Shown: one piece after another, positions 49,737 through 62,590 of the stretch
Layout: each line of letters starts with the position of its first letter
Position numbering within the stretch: the stretch's first letter is position 1
NCBI RefSeq assembly: GCF_018977255.1
Contig: NW_024704743.1
Span: 80,788,001-80,852,000, forward strand
DNA: 64,000 bases
Direction of reading: 5' to 3'
DNA from: Callorhinchus milii
Taxonomy: Eukaryota
Program-made: the position numbers and the translations under genes
The notes under the pieces: model-generated
Databases searched by the model: none
What the model saw: the letters and a program-made list of their open reading frames with translations, nothing else
Told to the model about the DNA's origin: nothing

Positions 49737-50646
49737 AATTATGGTGAGTATTGTGTAAAAAACGTAGAGACACAAAGACAGTCCACAAACATACAGTCAA
49801 TTCACTTTGCAGCATATTCTGTGAAGCGCTTTGAGACATCTAGAAGACGTGAAAAGCGCTATATCAAATGCAAGAATTATTATTATTAGTTACGAAAAGA
49901 CAAACGTGTGTTTCATTCAGAAAGTCACAATGGGGGGCAGCTATTGCTGAAATGGTGATGTTTTTGTTATTGATTTATAATGGGGAAATCGCACTATAGT
50001 CCAGAAAATGAAGATGGATGGTTCAGACATACATTGCAAGGGAACTCTAATGTACACAAAATGTGTTACATCACTACAGCGAAAACTATGCGTTTCCATC
50101 AGAAAACATCTGGCCACAATAGAATGTTTGTAAGAGATGAACCCAAACAAAGTGAATCACCTGAACCAAATGATGCAACAACAACAACAACAACAACAAC
50201 AAGATTCCATTTATAGAGCGCCTTTCACGTCAGGAGGACGTCCCAAGGCGCTGCACAGTTGGGTCATGACCCGAGCAGGGGGGAAATGGTCAGGGTGAGG
50301 GAAGGGAGGGAGTGAGGAGGGGGGAAATGGTCAGGGTGAGGGGAGGGAAGGGAGGGAGCGAGGAGGGGAAAGAGAGTCGAGAGGGGAGCTGAAGGCACGG
50401 TCAAAGATGCACACTTATCAACCTCATTATTTTAATATGCATTATTTGCTACTTATAGCAGAAGCCTTGGTCCCTGCACCAAAGTGGAGTGCGCAGAGGA
50501 AACCTTCCCCCCCCATTAAAAAAAGTTTTATTTATCAACAAATAAATATATATTCTGTTAAATTTTAAAAAATCTTCAATTCAGAGAATTAAAGAATTGT
50601 GTCATTGACAAAAAACAGATTGCAAACAAGAGAGCACTTAAGGAAT

Positions 50647-50758
50647 TTTCACCCACAAAATATACAATCAATTAACTTTATAGTATATTCTGTGAAGCGC
50701 TTTGATACGTCTCGGAGACATGATAAGGTGCTATATCAAATGCAAGGATTATCATTAT
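50647..50758 (+). mobile_element. SINE 3' fragment abutting the paralog B exon 2 donor
   Basis: The SINE tail ends about 5 nt from the GT donor at 50763-50762. Confidence 0.8.
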
Positions 50759-50763
50759 TTTAC

Positions 50764-51154
50764 CTGCAATCTTAACTCCAAATCCAGGATCACATTCTTT
50801 GTGCTTTGCACAAAATTCAAATTCCAAGAAGTAACCATCTCTGCATTCGCACACTCTGTTGTGAGTTGAGTTACATTCCTGTTTAGTGTATTGGTTTTCA
50901 CTGCAGAAAGTATTGCAGTATAGACATTTCTTTACATAATTCCAAAACTGTGTGTAGTGGTTTTCTAAGCAGGGTGCACACAAAGTATCATCTTGACCTG
51001 TGCAGTGTTTCACCATATGCTTTCCTGGAGGGCAACGGCTGCATGTCAGCATCTGTCCTGTCTCCTGGTCCCTGTGCTGGTAGGTGGGTACGGTTTGCTG
51101 GCATTCAGCTTGATTTGCACAAACAATAAGGACGCTGGCCAAACTAAGCAAGCA
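50764..51154 (-). CDS. TNFRSF6B: Paralog B exon 2 (signal peptide, CRD1-CRD3)
   Basis: 391 nt; ...CSRCPPGKHMVKHCTGQDDTLCAPCLENHYTQFWNYVKKCLYCNTFC...GFGVKIA; all cysteines conserved relative to paralog A. Confidence 0.95.
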
Positions 51155-53461
51155 CTACAGTGTGTAAAGGAAAACTGAGATTAGCACCTGTTTAAAAATA
51201 CAGCATTCATACATTCATTAACACAGCCTATGTAGCTTTGAATCAAAGCTCATGAAAAAACAGTTCAATCTCCACATTGACACAGAATGAAGGAAACCAC
51301 CTAAAGATTCTCCATCAATAAAACAAATACTTTGAAGTTGTGTGAAGTTAATATTTATCATAATAATAATCCTTAATTTTGAAATAGCACCTTTCATGTC
51401 AGGAGGCTGTCTCAAAGGGCTTCGCAGGATTTACTGTAAAGTGTAGTGACTGGGTATTTTGTAGGTGAATTATTCGATTTTGCGCAGACATATTACACAT
51501 ATTTTTGAAGGCATTTCCATTTGCTTGACTCTGAATACTTAATAAGGAATCTCTTGATGAAATATACAAATTAGAATCAGTTTAAGCCATTCCATTCATT
51601 CTTTGGCTTGACTGGAGTTTAAATCAAGTATAAGACCACTCTATTGACACACTGATAATTCACACAGTACAGTACAGGTAGTACAGCTTTAACAAACTAT
51701 CCCAAATGGAATTTTACCTTACGTAAAACTAAAATATTCTCTCAGGAATTCCTATGATAGTCATAGTTGAGTTCTTTGGACAGATTTTAAGAAATTAGCT
51801 GTCTCGTTACAGTAATTGCCTTGTAAAAGATATTGACTGTCTTCTCATTATTTTGGAAGTATGTGGCAGAGGTGGAGGAAAGTGTATTGGTCAGGGATCG
51901 GATATGGGGTAGAAAGTTCAGCTGAGGATCAAACCAGACACATAGGTTGCACACAGTTTTGATGAGTCTGAGGAATATATGCCATAGAGATTAAGGAGGT
52001 TGGTACTGCAGTTGTGAAGACGCTGACGGGAGCCAAGGAGGAGGGCTTCCATCTTGTCCTCATTCAGCTGCAGAAAGTTGGAGCTCATCTGACAAGCATG
52101 CAGAGAGAACTTCGGTGGATCTGGGTTCGCGACTAGAGGAGGAGGAAAAGTAGATTTGGGTTTTGTCTGCACATATATGAAAATTGATCCCATATCTGTG
52201 AACGATGTCAACAAAAGTGAGTGTGTAAATCAGAAAAAAGAGGTGGCCAAAAATAGAGCCCTGGCATACTCCTCATCGGAATGAGTGGCAGCGTCAGGAT
52301 AAAATATTGGAGGAAATGACATGATGATGATGGGTCAAATGGTGTCAAATTAATCTTTCAGCAGCTACATTTTCTAAAAGCCTTTCAGAAAACTGATTCA
52401 AAGGACAGTGAAACTGACAACAGTAACCATTATTAAAACATTTAAAAATACACACCAATGATTTCACACCTGATATTGCGTTTTGGACTCAAATAATGTT
52501 TATAAACTTCCCCGTCTATCTCCCATGGGCTTATGACTCACATGCCTTGATTTTCACCTGGCCTTTGCCTTAAAGTCATTGGCGCAAATTTTAAAATCAT
52601 GCAGAATTGTCAAGAGAATCTTAAATTCAGACTCAAATCAGAAGTAAGTTTTTTCTGCAGTTCTTAAACGGACTTGCACTTTACAAAATAAGGCTACTTT
52701 ATAGAATTTTCCAAAATTCAGTATTTTAAGGATTCTTAATGTTTAGGACAATGGTGTTGAGTTTAAGAGTATGTGGATATGAGTAGACTAAGTGATAATG
52801 GGTCCGGTGTTCCTTGGTGTAGTAGAAGTATTCGGGGATTAAAAGATCTAGCAAAATCTCAGTCAGCCCGGTCGGTGTCTGACACATGAGGAAAATAATC
52901 AGCATGCTTAAGAGTATCCAAACCAAACTGAGATTTGCGTGCATCCCACCCATCCCACATGGAAATCCTAGAGATAGATTGTTGGAGTGGAATGTGCACT
53001 CTCTCCCTGGAGAGATGCATCCCGCTTATATAATTCCGGAAAGTTAGCAAGAGCCAAAATGTAGGGACTCCGGAGTCTATGTTGGGGTACTGCTAGGGTC
53101 CAATAAACTGGTGGAACAGACTCCATGGGCTGAATGGCCTCCTCCTGTTCCTGTTTTCCTATTTTTCTCATTGGAATTTCAATCTGCTTTGAACCTCATA
53201 ATGTTGCTATACTGCCAATCACCCCAGGTATCTGTTATTCTCATATTTAAGAATGACCTGCTATATTCATCTGCATTAATCACTAAAGTAAATCTCAATA
53301 ATATCTTCTTATTCAAAACTGAATAAGGTTGTCATTAGAGCTCACGTGTGTATGCATCACTCGCAAACAGTTAAAACCCTCGTCATGAATCGGTTGCACA
53401 TCGACTGATGTGACTTACGCTGTTACCTTCTACTTTACCAGTTTGACATAATGGCTCCATT

Positions 53462-54098
53462 CACAGCACATCCCCAGCACATCCCCAGCACAGCCCCAGC
53501 ACAGCCCCAGCACATCCCCAGCACAGCCCCAGCACATTCCCAGCACATTCCCAGCCCATCCCCAGCCCATTCCCAGCACATCCCCAGCACAGCCCCAGCA
53601 CAGCCCCAAGCACAGCCCCAGCCCAACCCCAGCCCATCCCCAGCCCATCCCCAGCACATTCCCAGCACATCCCCAGCCCATCCCCAGCACAGCCCCAGCA
53701 CATCCCCAGCACAGCCCCAGAACAGCCCCAGCACAGCCCCAGCACATTCCCAGCACATTCCCAGCACATCCCCAGCCCATCCCCAGCCCAACCCCAGCCC
53801 ATCCCCAGCCCATCCCCAGCACATTCCCAGCACATTCCCAGCACATCCCCAGCCCATCCCCAGCACATTCCCAGCACAGCCCCAGCCCATCCCCAGCACA
53901 GCCCCAGCACATCCCCAGCACAGCCCCAGAACAGCCCCAGCACAGCCCCAGCACATTCCCAGCACATTCCCAGCACATCCCCAGCCCATCCCCAGCACAG
54001 CCCCAGCACATTCCCAGCACATTCCCAGCACAGCCCCAGCCCATCCCCAGCACTGCCCCAGCACAGCCCCAGCACAGCCCCAGCCCATCCCCAGCACA
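53462..54098. repeat. Intron-1 minisatellite of paralog B
   Basis: About 640 bp of the same unit family, enriched in cacattcccag/cacatccccag variants. Confidence 0.97.
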
Positions 54099-54178
54099 AT
54101 ACAGTACATGCGGATGGTGAGGCGTCTCTCGTGGCTGCAGTCGGTCAGTGTGTCTGTGTGTCTGTGACAATCACTCAC

Positions 54179-54196
54179 CGCTTTGCTGAGATGCAT
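54179..54196 (-). CDS. TNFRSF6B: Paralog B exon 1 coding part (MHLSKA)
   Basis: Identical to paralog A exon 1; GTGAGT donor. Confidence 0.8.
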
Positions 54197-54237
54197 CTCT
54201 GCTGCTGGAGGTGCTGTTGAGCGGTGGCGACGCTGAG

Positions 54238-54245
54238 TTTATATA
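54238..54245 (-). promoter_or_regulatory. TATA box of paralog B
   Basis: TATATAAA on the minus strand, 42 nt upstream of the ATG. Confidence 0.7.
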
Positions 54246-57200
54246 CACCGCACAGAGGGATTGCCAGAAAGTTTGCTCGTCATACTTCTGGTAAATTATA
54301 TATTCTCGATAATCCCCCTCAATCTTCAAAACTAGTCGCTTGAGCGTGACACTGTTGTCACATTGTGGAAACTGAACAGGAAAACGTATATTTACAGGAG
54401 AATGCGTCAGTATAGCAATAGAAAGAAATAACAGTGATAATGAGAATGACAGTAAGGAGAAAAAAATGTAGTGCTTGTATTGGTGCTGGACAATGAGCCA
54501 AGGCAGGTTAGCGACTTCAAGGCAGTGACCGCTCTAAGGTTGGAGAATGTGGCAGCCAATTTGCACACATCTCACCAAAAAAATTTAGGTTATTGACCAA
54601 TTTTACTGGGCGGTGTTGGCCAGTCACACCAAGAGAAAATCCTTTCTCTTTACGATTAGCGTCATGGGATCTTTAACATCCATCTGAGCAGAATGGACCT
54701 CAGATTAATATCTTTGCCAAAGAAACGCACCACCAGCAGTCAACAACAACAACAACTTGGATTTATATAGCGTCCTCCACGCCGGGCGGCGTCTCAGAGC
54801 GCTTAAAGTCAGTCAGTGCTCACTAGCAATATAGTAGCCTAGACTACTGACTCCAAAGTCCCGACATGGGGCTTGAACCCTCAACCACCTGAATCAAAGT
54901 CAAGAATGTTACCGACTGAGCCAGGTTATATGTTAAGCACAGGAGTGATGTGGGAAAAAAAAGTGATAACCATGGCTAAGAAACATTATCAAAAAGGACT
55001 GCAGAGAAACATAAACAATAACAACAATCCTTGCAGTTGATATAGTGCCTGCCTTATCACATCTTCGAGACATCTCAAAGCGCTTCACAGAATATACTGT
55101 CAAGTGAATTGGGCTTAAACAACATTAATCTCCAGGTCACAATGGTATGCTTCCAAGAATATTGCAAGAAGATAATGATGAAATAATTGAGGCTCTGACT
55201 ATTATTTTCCAGAAATTTGTAGGTGTGTGAGTTGTACGGTCAAGGGTCTGATAAGTGCACCCACTCTTTTTTAGAAAGAGTGAGTCTTATGAATGCTTAA
55301 GGTCACTCATGTTTGATTGTTTAACTCATCTCTATTGATTCAGCACCATGAAATAAAGATCAAAAATCTCACCAAAACTTTGTCCAATTAAAACATAAGC
55401 TTTTAATTCCAAATGCTAAAAGAATACCATAAATTTATATATACTGTACATAGACTTTAAAAGTCGTAAATAAAATAATTAATACAATTAATAAGAATAA
55501 AGTTTTGTTGACAAATTGTTTTGCTTAGGAAAACAGTACTTTTCTTCATGGTACAGGAAATAATCAAGTCTCTCTCTCTCTCTCTATTTCTCTCCCTCTT
55601 TGTTCCTCCCAGTGATCTGACGTCCCTTCTCGCCATCACCGATATTAGTTAAAACAATTTCAGATATTTTCTCACACCTGAAAAAAAGGTCTTTGATCTT
55701 AAAGAATCACTGAAGTTTGTTGTTGCTTCAAATGACTTGTTGAAGTTAAGCTGTTTCAGAAAGTGGTCATTGTCGCTGGCTAACTTAAATATGTTTCAGC
55801 ACATTCACATCAAAGCCTGACCAGCTGGAAGAAAATGTTCTCTCAACCATCTTCCAGACTTCAGACTTTTTCTCTTTGACCGTGCCTCAGCTCCCCTCTC
55901 GACTCTCTACTCCCTCCTCGCTCCCTCCCTTCCCTCCCCTCACCCTGACCATTTCCCCCCTGCTCGGGTCCTGACCCAACTGTCCAGCGCCTTGGGACGT
56001 CCTCCCGACTTGAAAGGCGCTCAATAAATGGAATCTTGTTGTTGTTGTTGTTCATGGAACCCAGCTGTTGATTCCTTGACATGTTCAGTCATCTCCCACC
56101 TCCTCTCCCCTCAGGCTGCCGAGATATCACGTTTTTCCAGTTGATCACATTCAGGCTTGACTACCCCAACTGCCTGCTCGCTGGACTTCCCATCTCTCCC
56201 CTCCACAAGCTGCAGATTATTCAGAGCTCTGCAGCTCATATCCTCTCCCACATCAGCTCCTTGAGTCAATCATCCCCATCCTTACGCGGCTTCACAATGT
56301 CAGCCCCCAGAGGATCGAGTTTAAGAGCTTTGTCCTCAGTTACAAAGCCTTATCTCTGTGACATACTAGCTAACACATTACCAACCTGCTCAGGATCTAT
56401 AATGTCCACCTGGTGATTATTATCATATCAAACGCTTAAAAATTACCAAAATATCATTTCAATAATAATAATATAATAGAGAAGCATGACTTGGAAAAAC
56501 AGACAGAATGGAGCTCCTTCTATGGCTCCATGTAGTGTTACCTAGAAATTATTGTTGTCGGAGATGATCATGCTTATCATTGTTATTACCCACCTTGACT
56601 TACTGCACATTCAGTATCGTGAGGAGCGTGGGGATGCTTGGAATCAGCTATATATTTATGCCAAGCTTTTACCAGCTGCTAAAACTTTGGAGTGTACTAA
56701 TAAGTTCACATATGTCAGTAGGTCTCTAATAGATGTTCTGTAACTCCCTAGGAAACAGCATCAAGAACTAACATGTAAATGGCATTGCTTTGGAACCTTG
56801 GACTCCACAGGTGAAACGCAGGATTTCTCAGGCTGGAGCGAGTATCAACATATGCTTTTGTATTTAATGGCCATGCGAGGAGGTGGAATAGTGGAATGCC
56901 AAGTTGTGAACAGATACTTGTAATGTATCTGTCTGGATCATGTTTAACTGCAATTCCTACACAGTCATTATTGCCAAAACTTTTTCAATATAGCTTATAA
57001 TATATATTGCTTTTATTGCTTTCATTATAAACAATGACCACGTTGGCAAACATCATGATGTGCAGACAGGGATATGTCATGATCAATGGGTTTATGCCAA
57101 CCCTCAACGATATTTTGAAGCAGGACCTAGCCATGACCTAAGTGATTACCAAGATTCAAGAGCCTCTTGTGATTCTGAATTGCTCGTTTCATAGGCTTTG

Positions 57201-57329
57201 GTCCAATTTTTTAATGCAGCTTTCAATGTGCATGTTCCATCTCCTTCTGTGTGCAACACTTCAGCCCAAGCTCAAATATGTTTTGTGTCTACCTCACGGC
57301 CCTTGAAGTACGGCTAAGATGATTTAATG

Positions 57330-57670
57330 GTGTAATGTAGAGGTTAGAGCCCTTGCTGCTTGCCGTTTGATTCTCGGTCGGAGTGAAAGCTTAGGCAAGT
57401 TTCCTTATTCCACACACCTCTGTTTACCTTGCAGAAAGTAGGAACCCAGTTGTTAGTCAATTGCAGATCACTTTTCGGGGGGTAATAACCCTTCAAAAAA
57501 AAATGTGGTCACTCAATCCATGACTGTTTGTAAGACATTGCTGTGCACAATTGGCTGCTACGTTTCACCCACAAATATAGCCAAGTCACTTTACAATATA
57601 TTTTGTGAAGCGCTTTCAGATGTCTCGAAGACGTGATAAGGTGCTATATCAAATACAAAGATTATTATCA
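57330..57670 (+). mobile_element. Older, diverged SINE copy
   Basis: Degraded head, ggcaagtttccttattccacac motif and SINE tail. Confidence 0.7.
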
Positions 57671-57719
57671 TGTCCGGGATTGTTTATGCCAACTGTCTGC
57701 TCACTTATGCCATGTGAGT

Positions 57720-58603
57720 CATTTGCCTCTTCCCTTCACAAGCTGCAGAATGTCTGTCAGACATCAAGTCCTGGATAAGAGCTAACTTTCTACAGCTGAA
57801 TGTCAACAAGACCGAGAACCCCTTGATTGGCTCCCGTCAGCGCCTCCACACCTCAGGCGCTGACAGCATCACCATCCATGGATGCACACTCCATCTTACC
57901 AATCCGGAACATTAGTGTCTTGTTTGACCCTCAACTATCCTTTCTACCCCACATCCGTGCCTTGACCTGCTCTGCCTTCTCCCACCTCCGCAACATTGCC
58001 TAGCTCTGCCGCTGTCTCACACTGCAGGCCGCCGAGACTCTCATATAAGCATTCATAACATCCAGGCTTGACTATGCAAACTCCTTTCTTGTCAGCCTCC
58101 CCAACTCCTCCCTCTGTAAGTTGCAGATCATCCAGAACTCTGCAGCCGATGTCCTCTCCCGCACCAGCCTCCATGATCCTATCAGCCCCATCCTCGCACT
58201 TCCCATCACACAGAGGATACAGTTCAAGATCCTGGTCCTCACTTTCAAAGCCCTCCGTGGTCTTGCCCCATCCCACCTCTACAACCTCCTCAAACCCATC
58301 TATTCCCTCCTCTCAGTGGACATTAGCTTGCTTCACATCCTCTGGCCCATTGGTAGTCAGGCTTTCAGTGTACCTACCTCCACTCTCTGAATCCCTCACT
58401 TCCTTCAAGGTCCACCCCAAATCTTTCCTCTCTCACTATACTTTCAGCCATCTCTCCCCTTACTGTCCTTGAACCCCTCCCCCCAGCCCCACATCACCGC
58501 CTGAGCCCCTAACCCCAGGTTGGATGCAACCTTAGACTGCCCAGCACCTTGAGGTGTCCTTCTGACGTGAAAGGTGTTATATAAATGTAAATTTGTATTG
58601 TTG
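57720..58603 (+). mobile_element. L2 3' fragment
   Basis: QIIQNSAADVL...ITQRIQFKILVLTFKALRGLAP and tail. Confidence 0.85.
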
Positions 58604-58819
58604 AACTTTTACCACTCTCCAGTCATCTGGTACAACCGCTGTATCTACAGACTTCTGGGAAATGATAATCAAAACCTCTATTATTTTATTACTGACTTTC
58701 TGATTCTATTTAGTTGAATCCAGTCTTTAGTGATTCAATTGTGATATATTTATGGCATTGGGATGGTGATTTTCTATTTTCACATTAACTATTTTTTAAA
58801 TGGAAAGAAAATAATCTGT

Positions 58820-59492
58820 ATGGAAAATGAAAAAGGACCTGGTTGTCCTGATTGACAATATATTGAGGCTCTCCCAACAATGTTAGGTGGCAGTGAGTAA
58901 GGCTGGATTGTTTTAAAAGGGCAATATTGAGCCAAAGTAGTGGGACAACCTTGTCACTTTATCAACCATTGGTGCAACTACACTTGGAATACTGTGTGCA
59001 GTTTCTGTCACCGCAGTAGAAAAAGGATATTGCAGGCGATTGAGAGGATGTAGAGGAGGGCAACCAAAATGATTGATGGGACGGAGGGACTATAAGGAGC
59101 GATTAAGTAAACTGGGCATGTTCAAGCTGGAAACGAGAAGGTTGAGAAACGATATGATAGTGTTTTTTAAGATTCTAAAGGGACTGGATAATGTAGACCA
59201 TGATAAGTGTTTTACCTTGTCCAAAACAGTAGAACTGGAGGACAAGGCCTGTGATTGAAGTGGGATAAATTTAAAACGAATCTGAGGAAATACTGTTTCA
59301 GTGAGCGAGTTGTAAATGTATGAAACAGGCTCACTGGGGAGACGGCGGAAGCAGAAAGTGTCGATTCTTTCAAAAGCAAATTAGATAGATTTCTTTTAGG
59401 AAATAATATCATGCGACTACTGTGATGGTGGAAGGTGAACTGGATGGACCTTGGTCTTCTTTCATCTAGCAATTCTTATGTTCTTATGTTCT
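58820..59492 (+). mobile_element. CR1 3' fragment (old)
   Basis: HLEYCVQF, YKERLSKLGMFKLETRRLRNDMI; tail ttcttatgttcttatgttc. Confidence 0.8.
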
Positions 59493-59685
59493 AACTGTGT
59501 AATTATTATTCAGTCATTATCCATTGACCACATCTGTCTCCTCAGCCCTCCACAACTAAAGTCTATCCTTCTGGAAGTCTCAATAATCAATGATTGTTTT
59601 AATTTGTTTCAATCTCCTGCTGGGAATTGAACCCAGGTCTCTTGCGTGCGAGGCAAGTGCTCCAACCACTAAGCTACAGGACTCC

Positions 59686-60110
59686 ACATTGCATCTTTCA
59701 CGATGGGAGGATGTCCAAAGTTGCTGGACAGTCAAGGGCTTGCACCCATACTGGGGGTTGGAGGAGTGAAAAGCATGGGGCGGTGGAGGTGGGAGGATGA
59801 CTGAAGGCACGGTCAAGAGGAAAGACTTGAGACGGGCCTTAAATGAGGCAAAGGAGAGGGCGAAGCAGAGGGAATCCACGATGAAGTAGAAAGTCTGAAG
59901 GCTCGACCACAAATGATGGAGTGACAAGGCAGGGGACATGGAGCAAGCCAGTGCCCGCCAAGCAGAGGAAACAGACTGGTTGGTAAAGTTTTAGTAGGTC
60001 GTAGAGGTAGGGAGGAGGGCTTTGAGGGCTTGAAAGGTGAGGACAAGGATCATCAACTTGATTCTCTGGGAAATGGGGAGCCAGTGAATCTGGGCAATAA
60101 TGGGGGTGAT
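59686..60110 (-). mobile_element. L2 3' fragment with adjacent SINE head (about 59610-59685)
   Basis: L2 ORF2 C-terminal peptides and 3' hairpin. Confidence 0.7.
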
Positions 60111-60479
60111 CGATTCATGGATCTTAGTGTGGTAGAGGATACAAGCTGTCAGCGCTCTGGGCTGCTACCTTGCGTGAGTGGCACTATATAAATGCAAGTT
60201 GTTCTTGTTGTTGAGGTGATGAAAACATGGAAGATACTCTCGTCAGCCTGAGAGGAGAGATAGTGGCAGAGGACGTTAAGCTGAGGTCCTATCTGACTGT
60301 TCACGTGGAGGTTAAAAATCCAATGGCGCTTTTCAAAAAGAGAAGGGAATTTCTCCCGGTGTTCCGACGAACAATCACACAAAGTAAAATTGGTCACTCA
60401 CTTCATGACTGTTTGTGGGAATACCTGCTGCATTTGCCTATAAAATTAAGGAGTAACTACATGGTACTGTAAATCCTGT

Positions 60480-61200
60480 GATGCTCTTTGCAATGATCCC
60501 TTAGGATTTTATCTTCTTCCCTGACTACTCTTTTACTATTGTAATATTGGAAGAATGTTTTATGCACCTGTTGCTGTGTATCTTCACAATTCTCTCTTGG
60601 CTTCCCTAATTTCTCTTTTTATCTTTTTCTATACAATTTTGTATTCAGCTCAGTGGTTGTGTTCTCCTTTCTCCCTACAAGCTTTGTAAATCCGTGTTTT
60701 CTTAATCTTATTTTCTTGTAGATCTAGTTTGGAGTATTTCTATTTAATTCGCAATGCTACACAGAAGTGTATACTTGTCCTGCATGCTGTGCATAATGAT
60801 ATTGAAAGAAATCGATGCATCCTCTGTTGATTTATCCATGAGTAAGGCATCCCAGTCTTTGTCACTTAGATCAGCCCTCACACCCCTTAAATTTACCTGT
60901 CTAGAGTTTGGTTGCATGGTTTTGTTATTGACTTATGCTCACTGTAAACTGGTGGATCAACTACATTTACATCCTAAGTGATGTCTGGACACTGACTGGA
61001 GTTAAGACAAGGAGCAAAATAATCTTTGTGGGCTCCCTGACCCACTAGCAAGGATGCCACAAACTTACATTAACAAGATCATAATCCTTCCTCTTTGTCC
61101 ACACTCGTGGTACAAATTCTGGTTAGTTAGGTCATTGCCGGTTTACGTGAACTGAGTGATTCATATTCGCATTTCCCAAAGTTTTATTTTAAAACATCTG
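60480..61200 (-). mobile_element. Old CR1 ORF2 linker fragment
   Basis: Minus strand reads ...ADLSDKDWDALLMDKSTEDA..SF...MQDKY, resembling the CR1 EN-RT linker. Confidence 0.5.
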
Positions 61201-62590
61201 TGATAGTTGAGTCAGCTGGAGAGGTAAGCGTGGTCTTCCTGGAGCTGAACTGGCTCCAAAGTGACATGGAATTTCGGAATTGAGATAGCCCTCTTTAGTG
61301 GTTTTGGTAGTCTGATTCCTGAGTCAGGCAGATTCACAGTATTCCGGGGCATTGCTGATAACAGCAGATCATTGGCAGGACCTGGAAGGGCAGACCAGTC
61401 ACTGGGGCAGGGAGTCATTCCACTCAGCTCCTGTTAACCCTTCAAGCTAAACCCCAACTGGGAAGGGTGATCCTAGCCGGACAAGCAGCAGGAAAGCTTT
61501 CTAGACAGCAATATCAATGGCAAGCTAAGCGGTTTTAACTGGTTAGACTCCAGCAGTACCCCAACCACACCCTGTGGTCTTAAACCTTGGCTCTTGTCAA
61601 CCTGTGCCTAATACTTTCCGGAATTAGGTAAACAGGATGTGTCCCTCCAGGAAGAGAGGGCACATTCCACTCCAACAATCTCTGGGATTTCCATGTATAG
61701 GTGGGATACATGGCATTCTCAGTTTGGTCAAGCCATGCCACTCTTAACAATTCAATAGTGGCATGGCTTGACGCTGAGCCAGAAAAGGTGGGGTGGGAGT
61801 GGGTGATCGATGACATTGTCAAAGAGGAGAGTCTTCCAGTGTGAAGGGTGCTATATAAATGCAAGTTGTGTTGTTGTTGTTTGTTTGAATCTTGGTCCGT
61901 GCTGAGTTTGCGAGTCTCAGATTGAGCTGAGTGGCTCCGGTCTTCCCAGGGTTAGGGACGAAAAAAGATGCTCCTAATCCCTCTAATAGTTGTATGCCAT
62001 TACTGGACTTTTTCCCCTGGAAGGCCAATCAAGTACAAGAGGAACATAACTTCAAAATTAAGGCTAAATGGATTAAAATTGAGAAATGGATGAATTCCTT
62101 TTCACAGTGATTATGGAAGAAATTCCGGGGATTCAAGGAGGAGATGCTTTGGAAATAGAAATCTTAATTCTAAATCCTTGTCATGGACATTTCGGGCCCT
62201 GGTTCCCTAGCCTCAAATCTTTCTCACAGGATCACTTCAAGCATCTATCCAAGAGTCAGAAGATAATGCATCCTAGTTTTATATAATAAACATTAATTTG
62301 ATAGTTTAATGAAGAAACACAGACAGTGACAACAGATATCCTCTATTCTACTTTTAGGGGTCAAAAATATGACTTGTGATATCATAGCATTCACCACATT
62401 TCTCCCCATTATTTTTACAATGCCCTGTTGTCACCTTTGAAAACATTCTCAGTAGAATTCTAAGGAAGTCTGGCAACAGTCTCTAAAAACAGTACAGATA
62501 GGCTTCTCAAGAAAGGATAATGCTCTATCATGTTACCCACAAGTCAAGGCTGTCTGTTGCTTACTCAATACTAACCATTATTCCAGCCTT

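Larger units (their letters stand above)
47223..54196 (-). other. Gene span: secreted TNF-receptor decoy paralog B (DcR3/OPG-like), 302 aa
   Basis: complement(join(47223..47539,49167..49349,50764..51154,54179..54196)) = 909 nt. Exons 1-3 have the same sizes as in paralog A and all phases match; the frame is open throughout. Confidence 0.9.
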
